From the IMG/VR virus record IMGVR_UViG_3300025168_014046, positions 1 to 44,025 of that record: a stretch of DNA of 44,025 nt, one strand, 5' to 3'. Below, one piece after another: positions 44,000-44,025 of this stretch. The DNA is from a virus. Its lineage: Duplodnaviria > Caudoviricetes. Under the pieces are notes generated by a model, which saw only the letters and a list, made by a program, of their open reading frames with translations, ran no database searches and was not told the DNA's origin. Each line of letters opens with the position of its first letter. The first letter of the stretch is position 1. The translations under genes and the position numbers were made by a program.

Positions 44000-44025
44000 A
44001 TGGTTTATTTATTATTAGTCTCGGC
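44000..44025 (+). CDS. Possible start of a plus-strand ORF (MVYLLLVS...)
   Basis: TGTTACTAT extended -10-like element and AAAGG before the ATG; truncated by the window. Confidence 0.3.

Larger units (their letters stand above)
1..44025 (-). mobile_element. Segment of a large (jumbo/T4-like) bacteriophage genome
   Basis: Co-oriented dense ORFs with overlapping start/stop codons, many short hypothetical genes, a gp55-like sigma factor, PIN-PhoH, solo Cas4-like nuclease, tRNAs and tmRNA interspersed with small ORFs; no cellular housekeeping operons. Confidence 0.9.

Noticed and set aside
1-44025. Stop-codon reassignment, as in some jumbo phages
   Set aside because: Recognisable enzymes are full length under code 11, TAA, TAG and TGA all terminate genes at tight junctions, and no suppressor tRNA is present.

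Overview
The window is a gene-dense, AT-rich segment of a large tailed-phage genome (T4-like/jumbo type). Essentially all genes lie on the minus strand, with a probable strand switch in the last ~170 bp. From right to left in transcription order it holds: (i) small SH3/KOW-like paralogous ORFs, a vWA lipoprotein, a secreted trypsin-like protease and a Nudix hydrolase; (ii) probable virion-cargo proteins sharing short W-x-x-F-L-x-E and I-I-x-E-E-L motifs, a 2OG-Fe(II) oxygenase, a thermonuclease, a zincin and an RNA-ligase-like/HIGH-nucleotidyltransferase fusion; (iii) a Fis-like HTH gene behind a 2x31-bp repeat, a TlpA lipoprotein, a one-piece tmRNA (tag ANNNNHFEQRLAA), five tRNAs (Ser-GGA, 2x Asn-GTT, Gly-GCC, Thr-TGT), a candidate structured RNA, an HNH nuclease, PIN-PhoH and a solo Cas4-like nuclease; (iv) an ~18-kb glycan island of 20 genes; (v) a gp55-like late sigma factor. 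The island encodes GT4/GT2/CgeB/GT29/Maf-like transferases, RmlB, RfbH plus a split transketolase, Gmd/Fcl, and an unusual module (CMP-sugar synthetase-cupin, SDR, sugar-phosphate cyclase, class III aminotransferase, SIS isomerase) with no NeuB/KdsA synthase. Five sigma70-type promoters and a recurrent TAnWTA motif, mostly 4-5 nt before start codons lacking an SD, are visible. No CRISPR array, integrase or stop-codon reassignment is evident. All family calls come from motif recognition by eye; no searches were run.
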